The notes under the pieces are model-generated. The model did no database searches, was not told the origin of the DNA, and saw only the letters and a list, made by a program, of their open reading frames with translations. A DNA stretch of 64,000 bases from a virus. A program made the translations under genes and the position numbers. Shown here one piece after another: positions 1-9,927 of this stretch (position 1 is the stretch's first letter; each line of letters starts with the position of its first letter). Location: positions 32,001-96,000 of IMG/VR virus record IMGVR_UViG_3300020159_001932; one strand, written 5' to 3'.

Positions 1-606
1 TCCTGTTGGTACTCCAAGGCCAATTAATCCGCCGTTGATTCCTACAGTTTGTAGAGCATTGTCGTAACAGATAGATAATTCAATTCCCATGGCTTCTGTG
101 CTCTTGGCGTAGTCTCCGCCATCATATGTTACAGATTTAATCCAGCATCCTTGTACTTCAAATGTTTCTAAAGGAATGGGTTGATAAGCACCGTTACCGC
201 CATCTAGTATCTCAATGAACATTGTAAATTTGTAATCTAGTCCAGACGCTGCACTTGCTTGTTCAAAGAAATCAAACTGCTTCTGCATTTGCTCGCCAAC
301 TTTGTTTGTAACAAGGTTGGTCATATCGTCACGTAGTTTTAACTTGATGTCGTCAAACTTAGGTTTACCGGCTACTTTGACAACACTATTGTAAACATGT
401 AATGAGATTTCTTCAAAACTTGGTTTTGGACGATCTACAGTCATAACTTGTTTTGTTAATTCTGTTGCTGGTGCTCCACCAATACCAAAGTCTACTAATA
501 TCACACGGAATCTGTATGGTAGTTTTGGCATTAACAGACCCTGGTTGCTTGCGCTTTGATCTGTATCTAATGGAACTGAAAATCTTGTTAAACTTGCGAT
601 TGGCAT
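1..606 (-). CDS. gp19: Tail tube protein (T4 gp19-like), runs off the window start
   Basis: Not in ORF track. ATG at 606 with AAGGAG upstream. Manual translation MPIASLTRFSVPLDTDQSASNQGLLMPKLPYRFRV...ELTKQVMTVDRPKPSFEEI...YNSVVKVAGKPKFDDIKLKLRDD...FEVQGCWI. Directly downstream of the sheath gene. Confidence 0.88.
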   Translation of the reverse strand, partial: MPIASLTRFSVPLDTDQSASNQGLLMPKLPYRFRVILVDFGIGGAPATELTKQVMTVDRPKPSFEEISLHVYNSVVKVAGKPKFDDIKLKLRDDMTNLVTNKVGEQMQKQFDFFEQASAASGLDYKFTMFIEILDGGNGAYQPIPLETFEVQGCWIKSVTYDGGDYAKSTEAMGIELSICYDNALQTVGINGGLIGLGVPTG

Positions 607-641
607 TTAATGCTCCTTATTCTTTAAATTAGCGTTCCACA

Positions 642-3587
642 TTATTGAGAAAGTGTGGCGATTTCGCCAGTGTTTAACAATCTTAATGGAATGTAGATAA
701 ATTCTACAGCCTTTACTGGTTCGATAGCAATATCAATCCATAATTCACTGCGGTCAATTCTAGCCGGTGTATTATTTGAACTATCACATACAACCAAGAA
801 ATCGTATAATGCACGTTGACTTACTAGTTCTGTTAGTAAAGAATCAACCGCTGCTTTAACTTCTGTTCTTGTTTGACTATCGTTAGGCTCAAACAAGTAT
901 GGTTTTGCTAGTATTGCTAACTGTCTACGTAGGTATGATACCAAGCGACTTACGTTAATTCTATCTAAAGAACTTGCTGCTTGTGCTCGAGTATATTGAC
1001 CCATGTTAACTAGACCAACACCCGGTAATGTTGCGATAGGGTTAATTTTAACTCCTGCCATAACATCTCTTAGTCCTTGGTGCAGACTTGCAGTTCTGAA
1101 TATGCCTGAATTAGATTCAATATATCCTACGCTGCTTGCATTATCAATAGTACCACGACGTGTGCCTGCTGGTGCAAACCATAGATATGATTTGTTATCA
1201 CTGTTGATAATAGTACGCAACATCATATGACTTGGAGGCACAACAATTGCACTTCCTGTATTATCATTGGTGTAACCACTTGGATAGAACATTGCTAGAC
1301 TTGTACTGTAAGTTACTGCGGCTGTATCGTTGTTGTCAACAGCTAATGCGGTATTATTACCGTACTCGGACAATGCAGTTCCTGTGGCAGTAAGTCTAAA
1401 TGGGGTGTCACCAACGACTAAAGCAGTTTGCCCATTGTCGACGTTAAATTCAACCATGTTCTGAATTAATTCAGGATACCCAGGTGTTAGTACTAGGTTA
1501 AACACTAGTGTATCAGTATCGCGAATTGCTTGATTAGATGTTACTAGTTCTTTTAATCCTTTTGTTACAACACTGCGTTGTGCCATACGACCAAATTGTC
1601 CAACTTTTTCGTTGTCATTAGGGCTTAATGTTACCCAACGATCAGGGAAATAGTTAATCATTGACTCGTTGTTATATCGTTCGTTGTTAGCAGTTACATT
1701 AATATAACCTTTTACGTATCTCTTAACGTTGTTTCCACTGCGTCTTAGATTCCATAAACGTGTTCCACGAGGATATAGTTTTGGATCAGGACAATCAGGG
1801 TCAACATAATCGCTAACCATTAAGTCGGCAATATCTGACATTACTTCTGCTGTACTGGTAGTGGCCCAGCGAGCGTCTTCAAATACCCAACCGTCTGGAG
1901 TGTCGTGGTCGGTAACGTCTTGTAATACCCAACTACTGCCGTCGTAGACATATAGAGTTTTTCCATACATTTCTGGCTCAGATGTGCTTACCCAGATATC
2001 ACCATTAGCAAGTGAAGTTAATCCGTCTTGCTGTGTAGTAGGTTCGCTAGCACTAACAATTGGGCCTAGTGGGTCTGCAGAAGGAAATTGATTTCCATAG
2101 CCAATCCAGTTTGTTCCATCATTGTACATAATATCAACATCAAATTCTGTGTTGAACCAAACTTGTCCATCATCTGGGGCTGTAGTTGGCAATGTATTAT
2201 CTGCTTCGTAAACCAATGGTTTCCAATTTGATATAATCCAAGTTGAACCAACACCTTCGTACAAGTTTGCAATAGTTGGATGTAAAGAGCTCCAGTCTAA
2301 CCCTGTAGAGAATGGCTGGTTGTTAGTCTCGTCAATGAGAATTTCTCCACCAAGAGCGTGAGTGATTGTCAGTCTATTTAATGACGCACTCCACTCAGCA
2401 CTAACATGATTTAATCCTGCTGTAGAATTAATACCTGCGGCAATAAGTTGCCCTACAGGGATTGTAGTACTTGCAGTAAATGTTATACTGATCGGTGATC
2501 CCCATGCGCCAGAAGATAATGTTTCTTTTATTGTAAACGTAGAGTTTTGGTTATAAGCAGTTGCCTTTGACTGAGTTACAGATGTTGGGCTGTTTTTATA
2601 ACGTATGTGCAGTCTGTATTCTACTGTGTCATTTTCATCATAGTCGTATTCAACAAAAACTGACCCTAATGGTATAGCGCCGCCGCCTGTGCTAGAATCA
2701 AGACCAGCAATTGCGTGTTGTCTAGAAGCATACAAAGGCGCAGTCTTTTTATCCCAGTTACCTGTTGAAGCGTTATACATTCTAATATCCCAGCTAGAAC
2801 CTTTGCTAGGACTTGTTGTTTTAATCCATATACTACCTGTGCTAGCATTTAGACCAGCATTAGTATAATCTGGATAGTCATAGTGAGGAGATAATCTTAC
2901 TTTCTTGCCGCCATCAAACCCATCTGTTACTAATACCCAATCCCCGTTGGATTTTTTATAGTAAAGAGCATTTGGAATAGTATCTCCATTATCACTGGTA
3001 ACCACCATTGCATAGTCGCCGGGTTGAGCTGTGAACATCTGAGAAATAAAACTCGGTGCACCTACCCAGAATTCATCAACATTTGTATTATCGATAAGTT
3101 TTGGAGTTTTTACAGTAAATCTACCTGTGCTAGAATTCCATTCGTTAATACCAAATGTTGAACCATCTGTGTTTAACCAGTATGTTTTATCAACTGGGGT
3201 TCCTGCAGGAACCGAACCAGTGCCTGCAAGAGACGAAAGGTCTACATCAGCACGAACAACATATGCTTTAGAGCTTACTCCTAATGCACTATATGCGGCT
3301 TGAAGTCCGTATTCGTTTAGCTCGCCGCCATGTACTGGATTGCCTTCGGCATCTGTTTCAAAATACGGTGTACCAAATGTATCTGTTAGATCTCGCTGGC
3401 TGGTAATAACCCAAACTTTTCCAGCATTGGCTGCTGTTGTTCCTTGTGCTATGCCTGTACCAGCACCGTTTACTTTATCTTGTCCTGTTGCGACAAATAT
3501 CATTGGTACAGTACCTGCGCCTGCTGGAGTATAAAAACTCTCGTCGATTACTGTTACTGATACGCCTGGTGATTGTAATGTTGCCAT
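642..3587 (-). CDS. gp18: Contractile tail sheath protein (gp18-like) with large internal insertion domains, 981 aa
   Basis: N-terminal LQSPGVSVTVIDES; C-terminal WFAPAGTRRG, INPI, LDRINVSRL, FEPND, VVCDSSNNTP, IEPVKAVEFIYI sheath motifs. Confidence 0.96.
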   Translation of the reverse strand: MATLQSPGVSVTVIDESFYTPAGAGTVPMIFVATGQDKVNGAGTGIAQGTTAANAGKVWVITSQRDLTDTFGTPYFETDAEGNPVHGGELNEYGLQAAYSALGVSSKAYVVRADVDLSSLAGTGSVPAGTPVDKTYWLNTDGSTFGINEWNSSTGRFTVKTPKLIDNTNVDEFWVGAPSFISQMFTAQPGDYAMVVTSDNGDTIPNALYYKKSNGDWVLVTDGFDGGKKVRLSPHYDYPDYTNAGLNASTGSIWIKTTSPSKGSSWDIRMYNASTGNWDKKTAPLYASRQHAIAGLDSSTGGGAIPLGSVFVEYDYDENDTVEYRLHIRYKNSPTSVTQSKATAYNQNSTFTIKETLSSGAWGSPISITFTASTTIPVGQLIAAGINSTAGLNHVSAEWSASLNRLTITHALGGEILIDETNNQPFSTGLDWSSLHPTIANLYEGVGSTWIISNWKPLVYEADNTLPTTAPDDGQVWFNTEFDVDIMYNDGTNWIGYGNQFPSADPLGPIVSASEPTTQQDGLTSLANGDIWVSTSEPEMYGKTLYVYDGSSWVLQDVTDHDTPDGWVFEDARWATTSTAEVMSDIADLMVSDYVDPDCPDPKLYPRGTRLWNLRRSGNNVKRYVKGYINVTANNERYNNESMINYFPDRWVTLSPNDNEKVGQFGRMAQRSVVTKGLKELVTSNQAIRDTDTLVFNLVLTPGYPELIQNMVEFNVDNGQTALVVGDTPFRLTATGTALSEYGNNTALAVDNNDTAAVTYSTSLAMFYPSGYTNDNTGSAIVVPPSHMMLRTIINSDNKSYLWFAPAGTRRGTIDNASSVGYIESNSGIFRTASLHQGLRDVMAGVKINPIATLPGVGLVNMGQYTRAQAASSLDRINVSRLVSYLRRQLAILAKPYLFEPNDSQTRTEVKAAVDSLLTELVSQRALYDFLVVCDSSNNTPARIDRSELWIDIAIEPVKAVEFIYIPLRLLNTGEIATLSQ

Positions 3588-3618
3588 CTTAAAAACTCCT
3601 TGGTGGATTTACTTTGTT

Positions 3619-3656
3619 TTATTTAGCCAGTATGGTAAAAAAAACGGGGTTAAATA
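3619..3656. promoter_or_regulatory. Divergent pair of late-promoter boxes (CTAAATA on -, TTAAATA on +)
   Basis: TAAATA core of the T4 late promoter TATAAATA upstream of the sheath (-) and HNH (+) genes. Confidence 0.6.
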
Positions 3657-3686
3657 CAAGGTGAAAAGGGCACAAAAAGGGCGGGT

Positions 3687-4022
3687 ATGAGAAAACTTTG
3701 TAAAAAATGTGTAGAAAGGCCAGTTGCCTTAAACTACTATAAAGAAAACAAACCTTATTATAGGTCTACATGCGATCATTGCTCTAGAGATAGACAGGAC
3801 GGAAACCCTCTTTGGGCGTTAGCAGGTTATAAGAAAAAATCTACCTGTGATAAATGCGGAGTTACATCAAAACATCCTGAAATATTCAATGTGTTTCACA
3901 TTGACGGTAATTTAACAAATTGTAGGTTTGCAAATCTTAAAACTATATGTGCTAATTGTCAACGTACATTACAGAAAGAAGGAGTTAAGTGGAAGCAAGG
4001 AGATTTGCTTCCAGATTTTTAA
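3687..4022 (+). CDS. Small Zn-finger/HNH-like protein
   Basis: Four CxxC pairs and FHIDGNLTNCRFANLKTICANC, an HNH-type beta-beta-alpha motif. Confidence 0.72.
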   Translation: MRKLCKKCVERPVALNYYKENKPYYRSTCDHCSRDRQDGNPLWALAGYKKKSTCDKCGVTSKHPEIFNVFHIDGNLTNCRFANLKTICANCQRTLQKEGVKWKQGDLLPDF

Positions 4023-4693
4023 GGCAAATCCAAGACAATCTTAACATCTTCGGTTAATTCTTGTGATGGCAGAAGATCTTTTATCTGTGCAAATAAATCA
4101 TCAATAGTCGAATCGTTGTAAACAGTATGATCAATGTTGCCACCAACCCAGGCGGTTTCGCTGGCGTGTATATTTAATTTTTCTATACGAGATTTACTAA
4201 TCAGCCAACTCATATTAGACTGTCCATCATTCATATTAACAGCATCGTTATACCATTCTGGATCAACTCCGCGTTTAATTCTAACAACTAGGCCGCCGGC
4301 ATTATGAATGGCTTTAATTTCGTTAGGAAAACGCACATCGCTGATAACAATATTATCTTTAGTTTTACGTATCTTATTTTCTAAGCTAGCAATCCAAATA
4401 TCATCATGAAACCCACTACGGCAAACTTCGGTTCCCCATAATTGTAACATTAACCGAGGAGTAAGATTGGGCATATCTAATCGGTTTGCCCACCATTCAT
4501 CAACTTGTTCTCTCCAGGCTCTTGCTTCTGCGGTGCGGCCTTCGAGTAACGTTCTATCCCAACCAAAAACATGAGATACAGCGTCTTTCAAAGTATTTGC
4601 AAATGAATCTCTACGGAAACCGTGAAAGTTAACCAAATAATCTGCGGCAGTATCTTTGCCTGAACCAATGAACCCAACAAAACCAATTATCAT
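4019..4693 (-). CDS. gp1: Deoxynucleoside monophosphate kinase (T4 gp1-like)
   Basis: P-loop GFIGSGKDT, SFANTLKD, TPRLMLQLWGTE, ISDVRFPNE, HASE motifs. Confidence 0.93.
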   Translation of the reverse strand: MIIGFVGFIGSGKDTAADYLVNFHGFRRDSFANTLKDAVSHVFGWDRTLLEGRTAEARAWREQVDEWWANRLDMPNLTPRLMLQLWGTEVCRSGFHDDIWIASLENKIRKTKDNIVISDVRFPNEIKAIHNAGGLVVRIKRGVDPEWYNDAVNMNDGQSNMSWLISKSRIEKLNIHASETAWVGGNIDHTVYNDSTIDDLFAQIKDLLPSQELTEDVKIVLDLP

Positions 4694-4735
4694 AGTAACC
4701 TCGTAGATGATAAACTATAATTTATAGTACTTGTA

Positions 4736-5473
4736 TTAATTTGTCAAGATCTTTTTCTTAATATGGACAATTTTTAAATCAGGATCTGTAACATAAATTC
4801 CTTTGTCGGATTTTAAATCAGTTACAGATACCATATAAAAATTTTCAGGTCCATAAATTTCTTCTTCCATTATTGAAAACACAGTATGGTGCATAGTTAA
4901 AAATATATCTACATCCTCTGTTGTATAATTTCCTATATTTTTAAAAAACTCTCGATGTGCTTCCCAATTTTGATCTACAGTTATCCGAACTGCTAGATTT
5001 ATTAGTTCTTGTATTTGTCCTTTTGTATCTTGTTGCTTTAAGAATCCTGCAACATCTCCGGAATTTGGAGGGTTCCCTACAACCAAATCCCATTTCTCTG
5101 ATTTAGGAATTCCTGCAATTGTAGGAGTTACATATCCTGTAACTCTATCTTGATATCCTAGTTTTGTTGCATTGGTTAAACAGGTGTCAACTGCTAAATC
5201 ATAACAATCTGAGAATGTTAGTTCATTACACAAATTTCTTGTAAGAATCTCCCAGCCTATGATGCCGTGTCCACAACACCATTCAAAGCATCGGTTGTAT
5301 TGTGTTTTTCTGGCGGCGGCAATTGCTTTTAAAAAATAAGGGTATTGATCATTGCCGCCACCCTTTAAGTACCACTTATGATCTATCACATGTCCTGTTG
5401 ACAATGTTGACGAGGTAGGCTCAGTAGAATTAATACTATCAAGGATAATATTATCTTCTTTAACAGTTATCAC
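4736..5473 (-). CDS. Class I SAM-dependent methyltransferase (HemK/MTS-like)
   Basis: Motif I FEWCCGHGIIG, acidic residue in FSD, and WDLVVGNPP motif IV. GTG start. Confidence 0.75.
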   Translation of the reverse strand: MITVKEDNIILDSINSTEPTSSTLSTGHVIDHKWYLKGGGNDQYPYFLKAIAAARKTQYNRCFEWCCGHGIIGWEILTRNLCNELTFSDCYDLAVDTCLTNATKLGYQDRVTGYVTPTIAGIPKSEKWDLVVGNPPNSGDVAGFLKQQDTKGQIQELINLAVRITVDQNWEAHREFFKNIGNYTTEDVDIFLTMHHTVFSIMEEEIYGPENFYMVSVTDLKSDKGIYVTDPDLKIVHIKKKILTN

Positions 5474-5475
5474 AA

Positions 5476-6234
5476 TTATCCAATTACAAAAGTAAGAGGT
5501 GTTCCGCCTTCTTTGTAGTTAATTAACTCTAATTCAAGTGCTTCTATTTCAGCTTTTGCTTCGCCTTTTAGTGCAGCACCGTTTAGTTGAGTGCTACCTT
5601 GTGGACTAGCAATGCTGGCAAATTTTTCACGGGCTTCACCTAACATCATTTTACAGGTTGCTAAACTATAGTCTTTTAACCATTGACCCGATTGAGGATC
5701 TTGAAGCAGATTAAAATCTGGACGATAGTTGTATAACCACAGGCAGAGTTCTTCTTCTGCTCTAGGACGTTGCATGATTGTTAATAGTTTTGTAGTTTTA
5801 TTAAACGTGAAGTTGATATCGCTACCAAACATTTTGCCTACCTGCTTTTGATAACTGGCAAAAGCATAATATGTTGCCAAGCCGCCCATGTTAGAACTTG
5901 CTAATAAGTAGGTGTTAGAATATGCTAGGTTAAACGGTTCAAATAGTGTTCCGCCTTCGCCGCCACCGGTTCTAGAACCTATACTTCTACGAAATAATTG
6001 CCTAACATTCATTACTTCCTTAGGAAGATAATACTCATTAACATCAACTTGTATAGTTAAAAATCCAAAACTTTCCTCTACGCTGTTACTACTGCGCTGG
6101 CGAAACTTGTTTAGGGCACGGTCTATAGCTGTGTTGTAATGTTTTGGGTCAAGTTCAACGTCAACCATGCCGTCACCGAGCATGTCTTTAACGTAATCTA
6201 TTACTTTTTGGCGTTCAAGGTCGTTTTCATTCAT
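5476..6234 (-). CDS. gp13: Neck protein (gp13-like head-tail adaptor)
   Basis: MLGDGMVDVELD, WLKDYSLATCKMMLGEAREKF..PQGSTQLNG..LK motifs typical of gp13. Confidence 0.88.
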   Translation of the reverse strand: MNENDLERQKVIDYVKDMLGDGMVDVELDPKHYNTAIDRALNKFRQRSSNSVEESFGFLTIQVDVNEYYLPKEVMNVRQLFRRSIGSRTGGGEGGTLFEPFNLAYSNTYLLASSNMGGLATYYAFASYQKQVGKMFGSDINFTFNKTTKLLTIMQRPRAEEELCLWLYNYRPDFNLLQDPQSGQWLKDYSLATCKMMLGEAREKFASIASPQGSTQLNGAALKGEAKAEIEALELELINYKEGGTPLTFVIG

Positions 6235-6239
6235 ACGGA

Positions 6240-6255
6240 TATTTATCTATAAATA
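6240..6255. promoter_or_regulatory. Back-to-back late promoters GATAAATA (-) and TATAAATA (+)
   Basis: tatttatc|tataaata in the 28-bp gap between the divergent gp13 and gp14 genes. Confidence 0.8.
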
Positions 6256-6262
6256 CTAGACT

Positions 6263-7468
6263 ATGCCAAGACTATCTCTGTATAAACCAGAAAAAGGCCC
6301 AGATTTTAGATTCCTCGATCGAGTAATTAACGAGCAATTTCAAGTTGGCGGCACTGATATTTATGTACACAAGTACATAGGTACCGTAACTCCTGCCGAA
6401 GGAGAAAGTACTCCAACAACTCCTAATAATTCTGGGCTTAATATACCAGAGCTAGGTATACAAGACGTTCTGTTTATGGAAAACAGAGACAGAAAATATG
6501 ACCCTGATGTTTATATCATGCGTGGAATATACACCATGCAAGACTTAGACTTTAATCTAAGTCAATTTGGGTTGTTTTTAGCCAATGATAATATCATGGT
6601 TCATTTTCATCTTCGTAATACTGTTGATACACTTCAACGAAAAATTATGCCCGGCGATGTATTAGAGTTGCCGCATTTAAAAGACGAATATGCATTAGAT
6701 GATAGCCTTGTAGCATTAAAAAGATTTTATGTAGTAACTGACGTTAGCAGACCTGCAAACGGATTTAGTCAAACGTGGTATCCTCATTTGTTACGTGCAA
6801 AATGTCAGCCGTTGGTCGATACCCAAGAATTTGCTGAGATACTTAATCAAGATAGTGGAGCTGGAGACGGTAGTACCCTTAGAGATCTAATGTCTACCTA
6901 TCAAAAGAACATCGATATTAATAATCAAATTATTGAACAAGCAAATGCAGATGCTCCTCTAAGCGGGTATGACAAAGATCATTTCTTTATTATTCCTACT
7001 GTTGAATCTGGATTAGTTGATTACGCTGCGGCCAGTGATGTAACAGACGATGCAAGCATGGATACAAAAGATGCATCGTTTGTGTTGAATACTAGACACA
7101 GAGAATTATATGTTGCAATTGATAGTGGCAACGGTGTCCCACCGAATGGTGCAACATTTGCCTCTGGCATTACATTTCCTGCTAGTCCTAGCGTTGGACA
7201 ATTTCATTTGCGTACAGACTACCTACCCAATGCTTTATACAGATATGACGGAAAACGTTGGAACCTATACGAGCAAGGAGTTCGAATGACAATGAATCAG
7301 TTTGGTTCTGAAAACGTTGCCCCAGGCACTCACTTTGCTGGCGAGGCAGTAAGAATGACTCAAAAATCAAGTTTTGTAAACAATCTTACAACAGCTACTA
7401 TTAGCGGCGAAACTGTTCCAGAGCGCCAGGCATTGAGCAAAGCACTAAAACCAAAGGCGGATAATTAA
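6263..7468 (+). CDS. gp14: Neck/head-completion protein (gp14-like) with C-terminal extension
   Basis: LFMENRDRKYD, LSQFGLFL, PGDVLELPHL motifs. Lies between gp13-like and gp15-like genes. Confidence 0.7.
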   Translation: MPRLSLYKPEKGPDFRFLDRVINEQFQVGGTDIYVHKYIGTVTPAEGESTPTTPNNSGLNIPELGIQDVLFMENRDRKYDPDVYIMRGIYTMQDLDFNLSQFGLFLANDNIMVHFHLRNTVDTLQRKIMPGDVLELPHLKDEYALDDSLVALKRFYVVTDVSRPANGFSQTWYPHLLRAKCQPLVDTQEFAEILNQDSGAGDGSTLRDLMSTYQKNIDINNQIIEQANADAPLSGYDKDHFFIIPTVESGLVDYAAASDVTDDASMDTKDASFVLNTRHRELYVAIDSGNGVPPNGATFASGITFPASPSVGQFHLRTDYLPNALYRYDGKRWNLYEQGVRMTMNQFGSENVAPGTHFAGEAVRMTQKSSFVNNLTTATISGETVPERQALSKALKPKADN

Positions 7469-8854
7469 ATGGATTGGTTCTATGACGGTCAGATACGTAG
7501 ATATTTGACACAATACATGCGTGTAATGAGTAACTTTAGTTACAAAGATGGCAGCGGAAGGCTTGTGCAAGTTCCTGTAATCTACGGAGATCCTAGTAGA
7601 CAAACAGCCGCAATCTTAAAGAAGAACAGCGAGAATACCATTCCTAGCGCCCCTTTCATTGCCTGCTATATTAAAAGTGTCGAGTATGAGCAATCAAGGT
7701 TACAAGATCCTACTTTTGTTAGTAAGGTGCATATACGCGAAAGAGAGTTTGATGAAGAAAGCCAACAATATCTTGAAACACAAGGTAGAGGTTATACTGT
7801 AGAACGTATTATGCCTAGTCCGTATAAATTAACATTTAGTGCAGACATATGGACTACAAATACAGATCAAAAATTACAGATATTTGAACAACTAAGTTAT
7901 TTGTTTAATCCTAGCATGGAATTACAGACTACAGATAACTATGTTGACTGGACTAGTCTAACAGTCTTGTACTTAAAAAGTACAACTTGGACAAGTAGAC
8001 AGGTGCCCCAAGGAACAAATCAAGACATTGATATTCTGAATCTAACCTTTGAAACTCCAATATGGATTACCCCTCCTGCTAAAGTTAAAAGACTTGGTAT
8101 AATTACAAAAATTATAGCAAATGCTTTTAGTAATTTAGAAGGAACCATTGTTACAGAATATGAATCGGCAGGAAGCGGCTCTGCAATTTATACAGGGTTA
8201 GGTGATCCAGTAAGCAGGACAACAGTAACTCCTGGTAACTTTGAACTTATTGTACTAAACAATGTTGCAAGCCTATTAAAAAATAATATTGCCTCTCATG
8301 CAGATGATGTTACAATGCCTAATCACACCGTGTCTTGGAGAAGTTTATTAGATTTATATCCCGGACAGTTTAGAGCAAATTTAACACAGTTGAGATTATT
8401 AAAATCCGACGGCAACGAAGTTGTTGCTTATATTAGTCTTGATCCTCTTGACGAACGCAGAATGTTGTTGAATATAGATACTGACACTGTGCCTACAAAT
8501 ACAATTATCAGCGGCAGGGGAACAATTGATGCAATAATTAATCCTGATACATTTAATCCAGGTTCTCCGTCGGCAGGCACTAGATACTTAATATTAGAAA
8601 ATATTAATAGTGATGCTGTTAATGGCCCGGCTGCATGGTTACAAGATGACGGCAGCGGGTTTACAGCTACGGCTAATGATATTATTGAGTGGAATGGAAG
8701 CCAGTGGAATATAGTATTCAATTCTACTGTTACCACTGACGTTACTTACATAACTAACATATACACAGGAATTCAATACAAATGGGACAACAATGAATGG
8801 TCTAAGAGTTTTGAAGGCATTTACGACAAAGACGCATGGAGAATAATTCTTTAA
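7469..8854 (+). CDS. gp15: Tail sheath stabiliser/terminator (gp15-like)
   Basis: FYDGQIRRY...VPVIYG, MPSPYKLTF..DIW...QKLQIFEQL..LFNP, LTFETPIWI.PP motifs. Confidence 0.82.
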   Translation: MDWFYDGQIRRYLTQYMRVMSNFSYKDGSGRLVQVPVIYGDPSRQTAAILKKNSENTIPSAPFIACYIKSVEYEQSRLQDPTFVSKVHIREREFDEESQQYLETQGRGYTVERIMPSPYKLTFSADIWTTNTDQKLQIFEQLSYLFNPSMELQTTDNYVDWTSLTVLYLKSTTWTSRQVPQGTNQDIDILNLTFETPIWITPPAKVKRLGIITKIIANAFSNLEGTIVTEYESAGSGSAIYTGLGDPVSRTTVTPGNFELIVLNNVASLLKNNIASHADDVTMPNHTVSWRSLLDLYPGQFRANLTQLRLLKSDGNEVVAYISLDPLDERRMLLNIDTDTVPTNTIISGRGTIDAIINPDTFNPGSPSAGTRYLILENINSDAVNGPAAWLQDDGSGFTATANDIIEWNGSQWNIVFNSTVTTDVTYITNIYTGIQYKWDNNEWSKSFEGIYDKDAWRIIL

Positions 8855-9285
8855 ATTCTAATCAAATCATTGCCAGCGGTGGTTTGTTTCTTGCAAAGAA
8901 TACTAAAAGATTCTTATTATTGCTACGTACCCAAGGAAAAACTGCGGGCACATGGGGGTTGGTTGGCGGCCGAAAAGAGCCAACAGATGCTACTCCGTTT
9001 GATGCATTAAAAAGAGAAATTGAAGAAGAAATTGGTGTGGTAAAAGATATTAAAAAGACCATACCTTTAGAATTGTTTACCAGCAACGATCAGAATTTTC
9101 AGTACAACACTTATGTTGTAATAGTCGACAATGAATTTATTCCCGTATTAAACAAAGAGCATTCGGGGTATTCGTGGTGTAGCTTTGATAACTGGCCAAA
9201 GCCTTTACATCAAGGCGTTAAAACTAGTTTTTCTAGTAAAGTTATCAGAGCAAAATTAGAACTACTAATCGACTTACTCGATTAA
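8836..9285 (+). CDS. NUDIX hydrolase
   Basis: Nudix box WGLVGGRKEPTDATPFDALKREIEEEIG. Confidence 0.92.
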   Translation: MENNSLNSNQIIASGGLFLAKNTKRFLLLLRTQGKTAGTWGLVGGRKEPTDATPFDALKREIEEEIGVVKDIKKTIPLELFTSNDQNFQYNTYVVIVDNEFIPVLNKEHSGYSWCSFDNWPKPLHQGVKTSFSSKVIRAKLELLIDLLD

Positions 9286-9927
9286 ATCTGGCCCAAATGC
9301 CCATGTTCCTAAATGGCGCATTTCCATGCTAAGTTGAGTGTCCACTTTAACAGTGTATCCTACTGCTGCCATTTTCTGACAAAAAATCATATCTTCACCT
9401 AAATGATCATTGCTTGATGGTGTCCACCCAAATTCAAACCACGGTTGATCAATTTGATCTAGAATACTTGTTTTAACCAGCATACATCCCATGCCAATTC
9501 CTTCTACATCAACAAGATTTTCTTGAGGCTCAAATGGCAGGGGATTTTCCCAGTCTCCTATTGTTTCGTAGGCAACTCCTTTGGCAGGTAATTGTCTACG
9601 AACGTAATTGGCCGCAACTATAGGTTCTTTGTGTGCCATTAATCTCATTGCAGTAGTTGGCGGGAAAACCATATCACTGTCTATCCATAACATATATTCT
9701 GCGCCAATTGCTCTTGCTTCTAGAGCTAATCGTTCTCTTTGTGTTAACAAAACTGTGCTGGCATCAAATACAACATGTGTATCAATGCCGTTCATGGTAT
9801 TGAGTTTAACTAGTTCTATGAGACATTTACTGAATGCTGAATGTACGTGGTCTCGAGTAGGGCTTAAAATTGCCAGTTTAGATTTTTTTAGGCTCCACTG
9901 GCTGGAGGCAAATACGCTTTTGCTCAT
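9274..9927 (-). CDS. GT-A fold (family 2-like) glycosyltransferase
   Basis: YMLWIDSD (DxD motif), GMGCMLV, GEDMIFC, and C-terminal H.G motif. Confidence 0.85.
   Translation of the reverse strand: MSKSVFASSQWSLKKSKLAILSPTRDHVHSAFSKCLIELVKLNTMNGIDTHVVFDASTVLLTQRERLALEARAIGAEYMLWIDSDMVFPPTTAMRLMAHKEPIVAANYVRRQLPAKGVAYETIGDWENPLPFEPQENLVDVEGIGMGCMLVKTSILDQIDQPWFEFGWTPSSNDHLGEDMIFCQKMAAVGYTVKVDTQLSMEMRHLGTWAFGPDLIE

Noticed and set aside
3687-4022. HNH protein as a mobile homing endonuclease
   Set aside because: It is short, has its own late box and no intron context. Mobility cannot be supported from this window.
4736-5473. Methyltransferase as a CpcM-like modifier of the phycobiliprotein-like repeats
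   Set aside because: No sequence support beyond a generic SAM fold, and it lies ~28 kb away.
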